From the human T2T-CHM13v2.0 reference genome, Homo sapiens: a stretch of 64,000 nucleotides of DNA. Of the stretch, positions 26,567-39,448 are shown one piece after another. The notes under the pieces are model-generated. The model saw only the letters and a program-made list of their open reading frames with translations. It did not search any database and had not been told where the DNA came from. The stretch lies in NCBI RefSeq assembly GCF_009914755.1, contig NC_060935.1, one strand, 5' to 3'. Every line of letters begins with the position of its first letter. Position 1 is the stretch's first letter. The position numbers and the translations under genes were made by a program.

Positions 26567-27490
26567 ATACATAATACTATCACAGCACTACACATATATT
26601 CTGAGAAAGTTACAATAAGCTGATCCTCAATGCCTACAGAACTCCAGGAACTTCAGGCAACCTGTTGTCCCAGGATGTCATCCTTAGGGTTGCCAAAGGC
26701 CTTAACAGATACATGCTCATCTGTAGCCAATAAAAAAAAAAGGATGTGACTGAGACTGTCTTGGTTGCAGCCTTGGTAGGATGTCAGTCAGTTTATTTCA
26801 GTTGTCTATAGTCTATAAAGATTTGTGAACATACACTCACTGGGGGAAAACATCCACCACAGGTTAATTGTGGTACTATGTTTACCATATATGGGGAAAA
26901 AAATGCCTCCTTTCTCATTGACGGGCATTTGAACTGTTTTCCTTTTCCTGCAAAGTCAGGCATTTGCAACTTCTTTACTAGGACTTGCTTGATTTGCATT
27001 CTTTCCCATTCAGCATATTCAAAACATCTTAATTTTTAGCTCCCTGAAAACACTGTGTTTCTGCCACTCCAGCATGCATTGATTTGGGCTTCTTGAAGTG
27101 ACAGACCAGTAGTCTTCAAACCATTTCAAATGCACTGCATTCCCCAGGTTCTCAAAGATTTCCCAGGAGAAATGCAAGCACATACAGTTTTAAGGAAATC
27201 TTATTTCCAGATCTTCAATTTTCATTTGTTTTCTTTCTTAAAAATGATCTTCCCAATAATTCACTGAGTTTTTTATAGGCCTTCTATTATTTTCCAAAAG
27301 GCATACTCTTCATCCATCCCAAATCTTATAGTACATTGCCTTGCCATACAAAAATCTTGGTATGGGAGTGGAGAATCAAGCAAAGGAAAAGCTTTCATTC
27401 ATGAACCATTAAGACCCTTAAGCTTCCATGAATTATTTCCATGCTTTATACATATTTATGTTGAGTATGCCATTAGAAATTGTGTATTTT

Positions 27491-27807
27491 GGCTGGGTGT
27501 GGCGACTCACGCTTGTAATCTCAGCACTTTGGGAGGCCGAGGCAGGCAGATCACCTGAGGTTGGGAGCTCGAGACCAGCCTGACCAACATAAAGAAACCC
27601 TGTCTCTACTAAAAATATAAAAAAAATTAGCCAGGCATGGTGGCACATGCTTGTAATCCCAGCTATTTGGGAGCCTGAGGCAGGAGAATTGGTTGAACTC
27701 AGGAGGCGGAGGTTGCCATGAGCCGAGATCTTGCCATTGCACTCCAGCCTGGGCAACAAGAGCAAAACTCCATCTCAAAAAAAAAAAAAAAAAAACCAGA
27801 AAAAAAT
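27491..27807 (+). mobile_element. AluSp-like, full length
   Basis: gaggttgggagctcgagaccagcctgaccaacat…gaaaccc, gggcaacaagagcaaaactcc. TSD aaattgtgtatttt (27477-90, 27808-21). Confidence 0.95.
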
Positions 27808-28782
27808 AAATTGTGTATTTTTCCAAGTGTGAGCAGCTTCTCAATTCAGATATATTGTAGTGTGTGTATGTGTGTGTGTGTGTATGTGTGTTGTTGGAGG
27901 GATGATTATAAAAGTTTTCAATTTATTTTATCCCTTCCATCCATTTATTCTCAAACAGTGTGTGGCTCTTGAGGGACATTCTCCTTAGACCAAAGCAAAG
28001 AGAGCACTGGTAGGATACATCAAGCACTAAAAATTGCTTTTTTAGGACACACATTAAAATGCAGGCAATTCCTTTCAGCTATTTTTCACACTCATCCCTA
28101 GGATGTGATATTAGCTGGGAAAAATATCTTTGAAGAGCCAAAGACTCTAAAGGTTAATGACACTGATTCTTTTAAATGTAACTGTAACATGCTTTTGAGA
28201 ACAACCAAAAATTTCAAGATATATTGGATAAAATACAGATACAGGTTTTACATTTTTAAAAAAATGTGGTGCATATTATTTAAGATAACAATTAAAGTCT
28301 ATTTTGCCAAAATATTTTCTGAAATATTTATACTACTTTTTACTGCCTGTTAACAAAAGAAAAAATTAATTGCTAGCAGTTATGCTAATTAGATTTAAGC
28401 AGTATATACCTTTCTTTTTCTTTAAATACATAGAAAAATTTGACGATGAGAGCTACTAAAATTAATTGAATTACATATGCTTTTTAAATTCTCAGTTCTT
28501 ATTTAATGATTCCCTAAAGACACCAAAGTTTAATATATATGTACCTATTTACTAAAGGAATACTGTGCTTTTTAAATCATATTCTTAGATTTTTTATTAA
28601 CTTAGAATGTTAGCTACATATTACTTTGCATTATTACAAATTTCAGTAAATTATTTTATCTTGGTTTTATAATGTATACAATTAAATCAGATTTTATTTT
28701 AGGTCTAATTTATTTTAATATTGACAGTTTTTGGATTTTTTTTTTCCCATAGAGAATGATCTTCACAATTGTTTGTCACTAG

Positions 28783-29117
<335 letters not shown>

Positions 29118-31299
29118 GAAACATTTCTTAAATAGAAATGAAGTCAGGTCTTTACTGAGAAAAAGTTAACTCTGACTTGGCTGATTGGGTTGACTGAAAG
29201 CACTGTCTTTGCCAATTAGGTTATAGAGTGAGTATTTTTCACAAATTAAGTAAGTAAAAGCTGGAGCTTCAAGCTTTCAACAAAACATATTTGAAGAATA
29301 AAAATATTTTATTAAAACTTGTATTGGCAATGAAATAAATAATATTTTGATTTTCCCAATCCTCTCTGAATAATTCGGGTGACTCAAGGTACTCTTAAGT
29401 GAAAAAGTAGTGGTTGCAATTAATGGTTATTTGATAAGTCTTGGAAAAGTACTTTTGGAATTTTTTCCAGAAATTGAGAAAGTAAATGAACACCTCTAAA
29501 GATTGGGTAACAAATGATTCTGCAAGTCAAGGCTTTTCCAATTCTTTGCTTTTGTCAATTTAGAAGAGGACCAATTTAGAGGAGTTATCAGCTGTCAGAT
29601 TATTAAAAATAGTGTTTGATGATAGATTGCTATGTGATTACATAACTTAGAAGGTGACTCAAGGGGTTAAGCAATGTAGTACACAAACTCCTCTCATTTC
29701 CCTCTATTGATTTATGGGAACAAGATTTTTCAGAGTTTACATCTAAAATATAGCATTAAGTCAATATTCAATCACGGATACATAAATGAATTATCCTAAA
29801 AATGATAAAAAGCCTCATTCATCTCATTTAGAGATATATTTATTTTAAAAATAAAATTTTTATAACTTACAATTATTTATCAAAATTTATAATGTATTTA
29901 TTTCATTTGACCAATTGGGCTGATAATAATCCTCAACCAAGAAAAGATTTTTTTTTTAACACGGAGCTTGATAGTAACAGGAAATAACATTTCAAATTTC
30001 AATGATAAGTGTGATAAGGGTGATCAATAAAACACTTTAAAACTTAAATATATTACATTAAATTCTGAAGGAAAATTGAAATGGGAATATAAATTTAATG
30101 AATGATGCAGAATGTTAAAAAAGAGATTATTCATGTATTTTTAAGTGAATGATGATGGTATTAAGTTGTTTTGGTATTTAGAATCTATTGAATACATTTG
30201 CAAGAGTGATGTAATGATTTTATTTTATGTCAACATTTGCAATTTTCTGGAAATTACATTCTTTCCAACTTTGTTTTTTAAACTTATGATAAAAAAATTT
30301 AGCTGTCAAATTAAAAATGTGCAAGGGGTCATATATTTTTCAAAATGTTTTTAGGGTGAAATGAGAAAAAAATTCTTTTGACATAAGATACTCAGGTGCT
30401 TCTAGTTCTGTATTATGAGGTCTATTGTTCCCTCTTCTTACTAGAGGGTTGCTTAAACTTTAAGATCCCTACCTGCTGGGAAGGGTTTCCATTTGGTTTC
30501 CACACTTGCTGCATTTGAACATCATCCTCAGCAGATACCTGAACTGAGGCCACTCTTGATGTTCCCGAATTCTGAGTCCACGAGGGTCAGTACCTCTGCC
30601 AGGGGCTTCTCAGAATAGCATCTTCCTATAGCTTTTGAATATACCAGTTTTTAATAGGATTTCTTTCTGCTACTTTTTTTTTTTCCAGTAATGAACTCTG
30701 CCCCCAATGTTCTCTTTCCCTCTGTTAATCCCACATTCCTTTTAGAGAGACTCATTTGAATTTCTAACGATTTACTCTTCTTCTCATGTGGGTCTCTTTC
30801 CTAACTTATAGAGTGAATGCAGCATCTGGATCTGAGCTACTTTTCTGCTTTTATTTCCCTTCGCTTTCTGACACATTCTTTTGTTTTTCCAACAAACTAA
30901 TCTAGATGTTGGGATTTCCCTGATTGAGAGAAACGAAATCAATTAAGTTTGGGGTCTGTCAAAATATTTTAGTTCTAAGAGATCTTATCCACATTTATGT
31001 TCCTAAATTGGATATTCCCACTTAGGAGGTATTTTCCCATCTGACCAGTAGCTCATCTAAACCTAGATATAATTATTATTTTGTCTGTTTTCTCTTCAGT
31101 ACATCCAATCTTTCTGTGCCTTCCCTCAGAGTCCTAATTCATGCATTTTTCCAGCATATTCTGTTAAGACAAAGGAAATACTGCATCCCCACTTCCAAAA
31201 ACTTTCACCTGAGATGGTTTATCCAGTAATCTTTCGAATAGTTCATGATGATCTCTGTGGTCTTTTCCTGTGTTCCGAACTCTACTATTAAAATACTTT

Positions 31300-31809
31300 T
31301 TAAAAAAAACCCAGCAATTGCTTTTATTATATCTCATGATTTTAAGGGTCAGTAATTTGGACAGGGCTTGGCTAAGTGATTCTTCCATTCTGTGCAGCAA
31401 CAACAGATGTGGTATTCAGCTGGCAGATGGCTTGAAGAGTGCTAGACAGTGGTATTCACTCACATGTATGGTGCCATGGAGGGGATGGCTGGAAGGATGA
31501 CCTTAGCTGAGAGTATTGATAGGGATCCTACACGTGGCTTTTCTAGCATCACATTCTCACAGTTATCAAACTTCTGATATGGAAGCTCAGGGCTCCCAAA
31601 ACAGTGTTCCAAGTTCCAAGATGCCTGGGTGGAAGCTTCAAGGCCTTTTATGACCTGGCCTTGGAAATCTTAGGACATTACTTCTGCCAAATGCTTGCTT
31701 CTATTGGTCAAGCAAGGCATTAAGACCAGATTCAAGGGAAGGGGAATTAGAACTCATCTCTCTATAAAAGAAGTAGAAAAGAATTTTTAACCATCTTTAA
31801 TCTACTGCA
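31300..31809 (-). mobile_element. MLT1 (MaLR) LTR, MLT1H-like
   Basis: ttattatatctcatgatt…gggtcagtaatttggacagggcttgg…aaggccttttatgacctggccttggaa…ccagattcaagggaagggg…ccatctttaatctac. Confidence 0.75.
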
Positions 31810-33787
31810 TCCTGTCAATGCTACCTGCATTTTATGTAACCCCTTTGCACAGATGGGCTACTCTACTATGTCTGACTTATGGACTTTCCATCCAAAACTT
31901 TAGGGAGAGGTCTCACAATATTTTCCTGGCTCCTTCTGAGGAACTCATGCCAGTTTGCTTTTTGAGAGTTTACCTCCCTTCTGATAGATTTCACTAGGTT
32001 GCAGTTACTCGTTTTCAGATTGACAGACAATGAAAAATACATTTTTTCTTTTCTAATTCCTTATCCAGAGAAGTTAAACTGCATGCGTCTCCTTAGCCCC
32101 CTTTTAATCCCTTTTCTTTGGTCTTTAAGATGTTATTTTTTTTGTTTCATATCTGCCTAGTATGCATTTTAAGAAAATGTTTGTCATTCAGCTTCAGCCT
32201 GTCTTCTTTTACTTTTTTTCAGTCTTTTACCACTCTTCTCATGATATTGAGTGAGGCATATTTTTGAAACGTCTCCAATGTCTTCTTGATTTCCTGAAAA
32301 AAATCACCTTGATTTTGTAGAGACTGTGTCAGTTTGAGGCCGATACTAAGGTAGGAGTAGATAGGCAATTCCTATGATGGATGCAGAGGAGGAAGCAGAA
32401 GCAGGCATGGAAAGCCATGTTGTAGGTCTGACATCTGAGAAAGAAAAGGAGGAAGGAAAAGACTCAGACAGGGAATCAAGCCAAAGTCCCCTGTTTGAGG
32501 AGTCCCCTGTCCCACAGTCATGCTGTGCTCAGTTATAGCTTGGAGTAGCTTAGGGGAAGTGTGGCCTTGGCAAGAATACAGGGCAGATCCAGAGGGGCAT
32601 TTGCAAGGCCCCCACTCACAAGCTCGGGTTACCAATACATAGTGTTAGATGCGAAGGGAATGGGAAGCCAGGATGGAGACCCACTCTCCTATTTGGCAAA
32701 ACTTGCTAATGAGGCTGGACAACAGCCTTGCCTTGAGGCTTCAATCTCCACTAGTCCAGGTGAGGTCCTGCCTACATTAAAGGAGATGGATTTCCTGACC
32801 TTCAAAAATGGGATGTCAAATTCAGAGGGGTCAGGGCCCGGCTCCTCCCAAGACCACATAGGTAACCTTAGTCAAGTCTGCATCTGTTTCCTCCACTATG
32901 AAATGAAGATTGGACAGATGATTTCCGAGGTCCTTTCCGGCTCTGACACATGGTGATATTTAGGGCCTTGAAGATTTCAGTGGAGCCTTTGATCTCATAT
33001 CTTTCCAGATTTACACTGTGGAAAGGATGCTTACAACTTTTCTTTGTCAGAGATCTGATTCACTGAGACATATCTGAGGTGTAATTACTGTATATATGTG
33101 TATAGACATTAACATGAAATTATTCTCAGACTTAAATTGTCTAATATTAGCAGCTGATTGCAAAAGACATTGGGTTCGAATTGTTTAATGTAATGCTAAT
33201 TTGCTTCAAGTGCAAACACTAATCAGGAACATTAGGTAATTATCATTTAGGTACAGGACCCCAATATGTGAAATCTGCATTTTCATGTGAGCATTAGTAT
33301 CACATGTGTAGCTGCTTGTGGTAATGGTGGGGAAGAATTCTAAGAAGTGTGATCTTTATAGGGATTTGTAGTGACAAATCTTGGTTATTAATTTTACCTT
33401 TTGTTGAATCTCTAACAAGAGGCATCTGTCAAAACTTAGAGCATAATTTTTATATTTAATGTAGTTTGATTAAATACACAATTAATCTTAGACTGCTATA
33501 TCTAGATTAGCATGTTGTGCGTGTGTGAGGAATTTCATAAATTTGAATAAAGAAGACAAAAGGGAGAGCCACTTACCTTGAGCCTCAAAGCTCGTAATTT
33601 TAATCATTTTACGAACAGGGAAACCAAAGTGTGGGGAGCTTAACTGTACAAGATCACAAAACTGTAACTGCTTACAATTTTATTTAGCTTCCACCTGGCA
33701 GGTACCTTTAGAAATCCTTTATATATATTGACAACCTTAAAAAATGGGCACAACCCCCTTAAAAGATAGAAATTGTTATTTACACCA

Positions 33788-33793
33788 TTTTGT

Positions 33794-33832
<39 letters not shown>

Positions 33833-33953
33833 TTTGAGATGGGAGTCTTTCTATGTTGCCCAGGCTATTTCTTGGACTCCTGGACTTGAGCAATCCCCCT
33901 GCCTCAATCTTCCAAATAGCTGGAACTCATAGGCACGTGCCACTGCAGATGGC
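33788..33953 (-). mobile_element. FLAM-type Alu monomer with (ttta)n tail, inside a MIR
   Basis: gagatgggagtctttctatgttgcccaggct…actcctggacttgagcaatcc. TSD ttatttacacca / ttatttttacacca. Confidence 0.85.
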
Positions 33954-35121
33954 TTATTTTTACACCACTGTATAGATGAGGAAACTGAGGCAAAGAAAGG
34001 CTAAGGTGCTCCAAGTGTTGCTCTTAAGTGTCTTTTCCATAATACTAGTATTTAATTAAAACTAAATTTCACTTTAATGTTTTAAAATAAACCTGGCAAC
34101 TGAAACCACATGAGTGGCTGCTCAGAGCACCCAGGTCTGGAGGTCTTACTTTCTTGCATGAGGCCCTCGAAGGTTGCTCTTCTTAGTCTCTAACTCCATT
34201 CTTTCTAGAAGAAAACTTGAGCTACTGGCATTAATTAGCAGGAAGGAATCCTTTACACTCAATGAATCACATGCTTCAAAGCAAATGGCTGATGATGAAG
34301 TGGTTTCAAGTTACATAAAAACCTTTCCCTCAGAAATTAGCTGAACTTTTCTAGAAATAATCTTTGTATCTTTTTTGTTAATGAATCTTTCATTTGCTTT
34401 CCTTCCTGAACCTCTCTTCTTGGTCTTATGTTCAGTCATTCCCAGACCCTCTCATCACTAGCCTCAGGTTCATTCTTCAGCCTTGATCAGTATAGCATTC
34501 CTCACCTAGTTTCCCACCCTTTGACGGGACTCCCAGTGTTGCTATTTCATCTTGGCCTTACCCCACAAGCAGCAAGCTATTGGGGAGAGCAAATGTCCAA
34601 GAAAAATATCCCTCAAGCAGTAAACTACTGTGGAGCACTTCTCTTGACTTAACCCTTGAACCCATCACTCAGCTGGAGTTCACCATTGGCTAATAGCCAT
34701 TCAAAATGAGCAGATTCTTTGGTCATAGCTGTAGCCACTCATTCGTTTTCAATTTGATGGTTTGCTAATTTAACTGATGGTTTCTTTTCTTATTAAGAAC
34801 CAGTAGATTCACAAAATGGTATTTGCTGAGCCCATCAATGTTGGGAGCTGATTTTCTGAGGGACTAGGGCAAGGCTAGTTATGGCCTATGTATCAAGGGT
34901 TTGATATTATCCCATATCTCTAAAATGTAGCTTAGACCTCACCCTGACTGATACCTTTCCCAAAGCTAGAACTTCATTGCACTCACAATGAGGCAGTAGC
35001 TAGGGGCAGGAGTAGATTCCATGGTTGCTGTTAGGAGCATGGGCCCACTGGTGTTCCACTAAGATGAGCAGAGGGTAGAGGTGGTGAGTAACTACTAGCT
35101 AACTTTTCTCTCTCTTCTTAG

Positions 35122-35235
35122 GCACTGGTGAGAAAAATTGATGCCTCAGACAATATCTACACCACAGAGTCCACCACAGGGAACCTGTTCAGCCTGACCC
35201 AGGAGGGGGCTCCCTTGTGCCGCATCATAGCCAAG
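35122..35235 (+). CDS. INSC: INSC coding exon (probably exon 6), 114 nt, symmetric
   Basis: Acceptor cttttctctctcttcttag|GCA, donor AAG|gtgagc. Encodes ALVRKIDASDNIYTTESTTGNLFSLTQEGAPLCRIIAK (38 codons, phase 0-0). Not in the ORF track. Confidence 0.96.
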
Positions 35236-35239
35236 GTGA

Positions 35240-35699
<460 letters not shown>

Positions 35700-37554
35700 G
35701 GTGTCTGCATTTTTAGTAGGTGGCTAGCCCCTCTGATTTCATTTCCCACTTGAGACAGAAATCTGGTGCCCCCAGAGCCTCTATCATCTTTCTTTATGGG
35801 TATATGTTATAAATATCAACCGTCTTTCTCCATCTCCACACATCCTTCCCTTCCTGGCAGCTGTGGTGTCCCTGAGGTCCATGGGATGTGGTGATGTAGT
35901 GAATAAAGAGACCATCTGGCATGTGGCATTTTGGGTGATCGATTGACCTTATATGGCTCCCTGACATCACGTTTGTAAGACATGGGATGTCTCAAACCCA
36001 GTTGAAAGAAAAGTTTTTATTTTTTTTCATATAGACTTGTGTATGGCTTAAGCTCTATCCACATCACTTAATGCTGCTGCCATAACAACCTATACCCCAT
36101 AATAATTAGCAGTAGCATTATCAGGAGAAAGAGGAGGAACAGATCTACAAACATGACCTTCACCACCAACTCGGAGGTTTGTTCTCTGGGTTCCCATCCA
36201 GTGCCCTTAGTCTCTTTTTGTGTCCGCTTAGAATCTTGTGAACCTCAGCATCTGCCTATGATCCTTGGAAAAGCAGGAGGAGAATCTGGGTCCTCTATTG
36301 TTTTTTCACCAAAGATATTGGCCAGTGTTCAGCAGGCATCAAGACAAGATGGCCTCTAAATAAACTCAGTCTCTGCCTAAGCTTTCCTATTCCTCCCAAA
36401 ACAGGAGGCTGTACAATTCTCTGAACAAAATAAAATGCAAGGATTTGCTCAAGGAATACAAGAAGGGAGAAGAATGCAGGCTAAACTGCAAAGCAGGCTT
36501 GATTTAACTAATGCTTCTCAATTATGTTGGCATATTTCTCCTTTTAAGCCTTCATATCAGTTTCTCCCTCTCCCAGGCTGAAGAGGAGCCCAGAGACAGC
36601 CTCCCTCCCTCTGGCTCCCTCTGTTGATTGGGTCCTACATTCTGGCCATGGGCTGGGGTGGTTGTGTCTGTCCCAGCTGCTTGTCTGAGGAGAAAGCAGA
36701 GAAGGCACAAGGGCATATCATGGCCTTTGCACCTTTTGTCTTTGTGTTTTGAATGTCCTCTCTTTTTGCCACTTGGAAAACTCTTACTCAGCATTCCACA
36801 CTCAATTCTGTATTCTTCTTTATTGCTTTCCAGACACGCTCCCACCTGTGGTGTCTAAAAAGAGTAGCAGGCACTGTCTCAGCACTTACCATATTCTATT
36901 TTGTTATGTGTTTTAAGCTGTGTGCTTTTTAAGGACAGAAACATCTGAGTCATCTCTGTGTCCTTAGTGCCTAGTGCAATGCCTGCACAAAGTGGGTACT
37001 CAAAGAGTTTGTTGAATGAGAAAGTTACAAATTCACAGATCCAAAATCTCTGAGAGTTGGGAGGGAACTGAAGTTCATCCGACCTTCAACTTTGGTAGGG
37101 GTTTCTGAAGGGCTGTTGAGTATCCAATGGGTCATCCTGTGTCCAGAAACAGGTTCACTGGATGTGGAGTATTTTAAATAACCTCCCTTATTCTCCATCT
37201 CTCATGTCCCCAGTTCTAATGCAAGTTCTCAGGGTACTACACTTTGAGACCTACAAAGCTAGTATGGTACTCTCTAATGACATTTATACTCAGACTAGAT
37301 TCATATATATTGGAAGAGAATTCACATATATTTGACTCTGTTATATTTCTAACACTACACCAATGGGATCTCATGTAATTCTCATGATTCTGTGAGGAGG
37401 GTGGTACTAACATTTTATACAAATGAAGACGCTGAGGAACAGAGAGATTAAATAACTTGCTGCAGGGCATATAACTATCAAGTTGAATTGCAGGTATTCA
37501 AATTGTGAGCTTTGATTCCAAAGGATTCATTGCACTTATATCATATGCCTAGGA

Positions 37555-38520
37555 GTAGGTCTAGGATTTGTGAGGCCAGAAGCTTATGGAATTATTGGGG
37601 CCTTACTTAAGTAAAAGATTATAGAATTCCAAATTCCAAATTATTTAGAAAAGTGAGTTATTTAGAACGAGAAAATAATTCAAGAATATTTCTGGAAGGC
37701 AATTTTTTTAACCACTTTTTAATTATTATTATACTTTAAGTTCTAGGGTACATGTGCACAACGTGCAGGTTTGTTACCTATGTATACATGTGCTATGTTG
37801 GTTTGCTGTACCCATTAACTCGTCATTTACTTTAGGTATTTCTCCTAATGCTATCCCTCCCCCATCCCCCCACTCCACAACAGGCCTCAGTGTGTGATGT
37901 TCCCCTTCCTGTGTCCAAGTGTTCTCATTGTTCTGTTCCCACCTATGAGTGAGAACATGCGGTGTTGGTTTTCTGTCCTTGCAATAGTTTGCTGAGAATG
38001 ATGGTTTCCAGCTTCATCCATGTCGCTACAAAGGACATGAACTCATCCTTTTTATGGCTGCATAGTATTCCATGGTGTATATGTGCCACATTTTCTTAAT
38101 CCAGTCTATCACTGATGGACATTTGGGTTGGTTCCAAGTCTTTGCTATTGTGAATAGTGCCACAATAAACATACGTGTGTATGTGTCTTTATAGTAGCAT
38201 GATTTATAATCCTTTGGGTATATACCCAGTAATGGGATGGCTGGGTCAAATGGTATTTCTAGTTCTAGATCCTTGAGGAATCGCCACACTGCTTCTGGAA
38301 GGCAATTCTGTACCAGGTTGGTCTGCAGTAGTTCACCTACATGAGAAACTGATGCCAACCACATTAACATATCCCACCAAACCAAAATGAAGCATGTCTC
38401 TCACACTCAACTTCATGGCTGGATCTGAAAAATGCCTGTAGCCACTCCAATACTACATTCAAGGAAGACTAAATCAAAAAGGATGGTGGTTTTCATTAAT
38501 TATAATGGGAGTTGTAATTA
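37555..38520. mobile_element. Possible MER115-like hAT fragment hosting the L1PA insertion
   Basis: aggtctaggatttgtgaggccagaagcttat…attggggccttacttaagtaaaaga resembles the MER115 end as I recall it. Extent uncertain. Confidence 0.4.
37705..38292 (-). mobile_element. L1PA (about PA4-PA6), 5'-truncated, ~590 bp
   Basis: attatactttaagttctagggtacatgtgcacaacgtgcagg… Includes the ORF2 C-terminus (WRFLKDLELEIPFDPAIPLLGIYPKDYK). Perfect 15-bp TSD ttctggaaggcaatt (37690-704, 38293-307). Confidence 0.96.
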
Positions 38521-38751
38521 ATTAGCTTCATGGTTAATTTGCCCCTGAATTTGGATTCAAGACACTTAGAGCAAATATAGGCAACTAATAGCCCTAGGAC
38601 CTCAGTAAGGTCTTTTGTTTCTTGTTTTTAGTCTCCTTTTTCACTTGAAATATGACATCACCATTGGAGACAGAACCAGGGATCTAATTGGTAGCAAAGT
38701 TATGTCCTTCGGTAGACTTAAGATGCTAGTCACAGGAAGATGCCCTGGCAA

Positions 38752-38928
38752 CAGTGGTTCCCAGTGCCCACTCGGTATCGCAGTCCCTCAGAGAGTTTGT
38801 GGAAAACCCAGATACTTGTGCCCTACCCAAGATTCCATGGGGTCTTTGGGTAAGACCTGAGAATCTTCATTTTAACAAGCCCTACAAGTAGTTCTGAAGC
38901 ATGGCCAGACTCTCAGAATCACTCATCT
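38752..38928. mobile_element. MER5 (hAT-Charlie MITE)
   Basis: cagtggttccca…gaatcttcattttaacaagccc…agaatcact. Confidence 0.7.
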
Positions 38929-39298
38929 AAGCCCTTAAAGCAATCTTAATATTAGAGCACGGTAAATGCTTGTCAACTCTTGTGAGTGGAGAAGTGAATT
39001 TTATGTAATAGCAATAGCTAACATTTGAGTGTTGCTGTGTTCTGTCTTTAATGCATTATATAATTCCTTTCTTTTAATTCACAAAACCATCCTATGAAGA
39101 AAGTACCATGTTGTTACCATCAACAGTTGAGGAAATGGTTTAAGGAGCTTATTCAGGATCATGCAGCTGACAAGGAGTTGAGACAGAATTGAACCCCAGC
39201 CTCTTTAAGTTTAATTCAGAGTTCATGGTCCTAAACCCCACAGTGGTGACTTCTGGTTCAATCTTTGGCCCTTCAGGTCCTTGAGCCAAAGTGTGACT

Positions 39299-39448
39299 CA
39301 GGAGTTCTCAATCCTGGATACACAATCGAACTACTAGGGAGCTTTAAAATTTTTAGGATTCTGACTTAATTGGTCTGGAGTAGGTCCTGGGATGAATATT
39401 TTAGCTTTCCAAGTGATTCTACTGTGCTGCGTGGGTTGAGGACCTCTA
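39299..39448. mobile_element. MER5A1-like MITE
   Basis: caggagttctcaatcctgg…gattctgacttaattggtctgg…ccaagtgattcta…gggttgaggacctct. Confidence 0.75.

Noticed and set aside
38026-38385. 119-aa ORF with L1 ORF2 C-terminal sequence
   Set aside because: Part of a 5'-truncated L1PA. It has no promoter, endonuclease or RT domain, and its N-terminus is flanking DNA.
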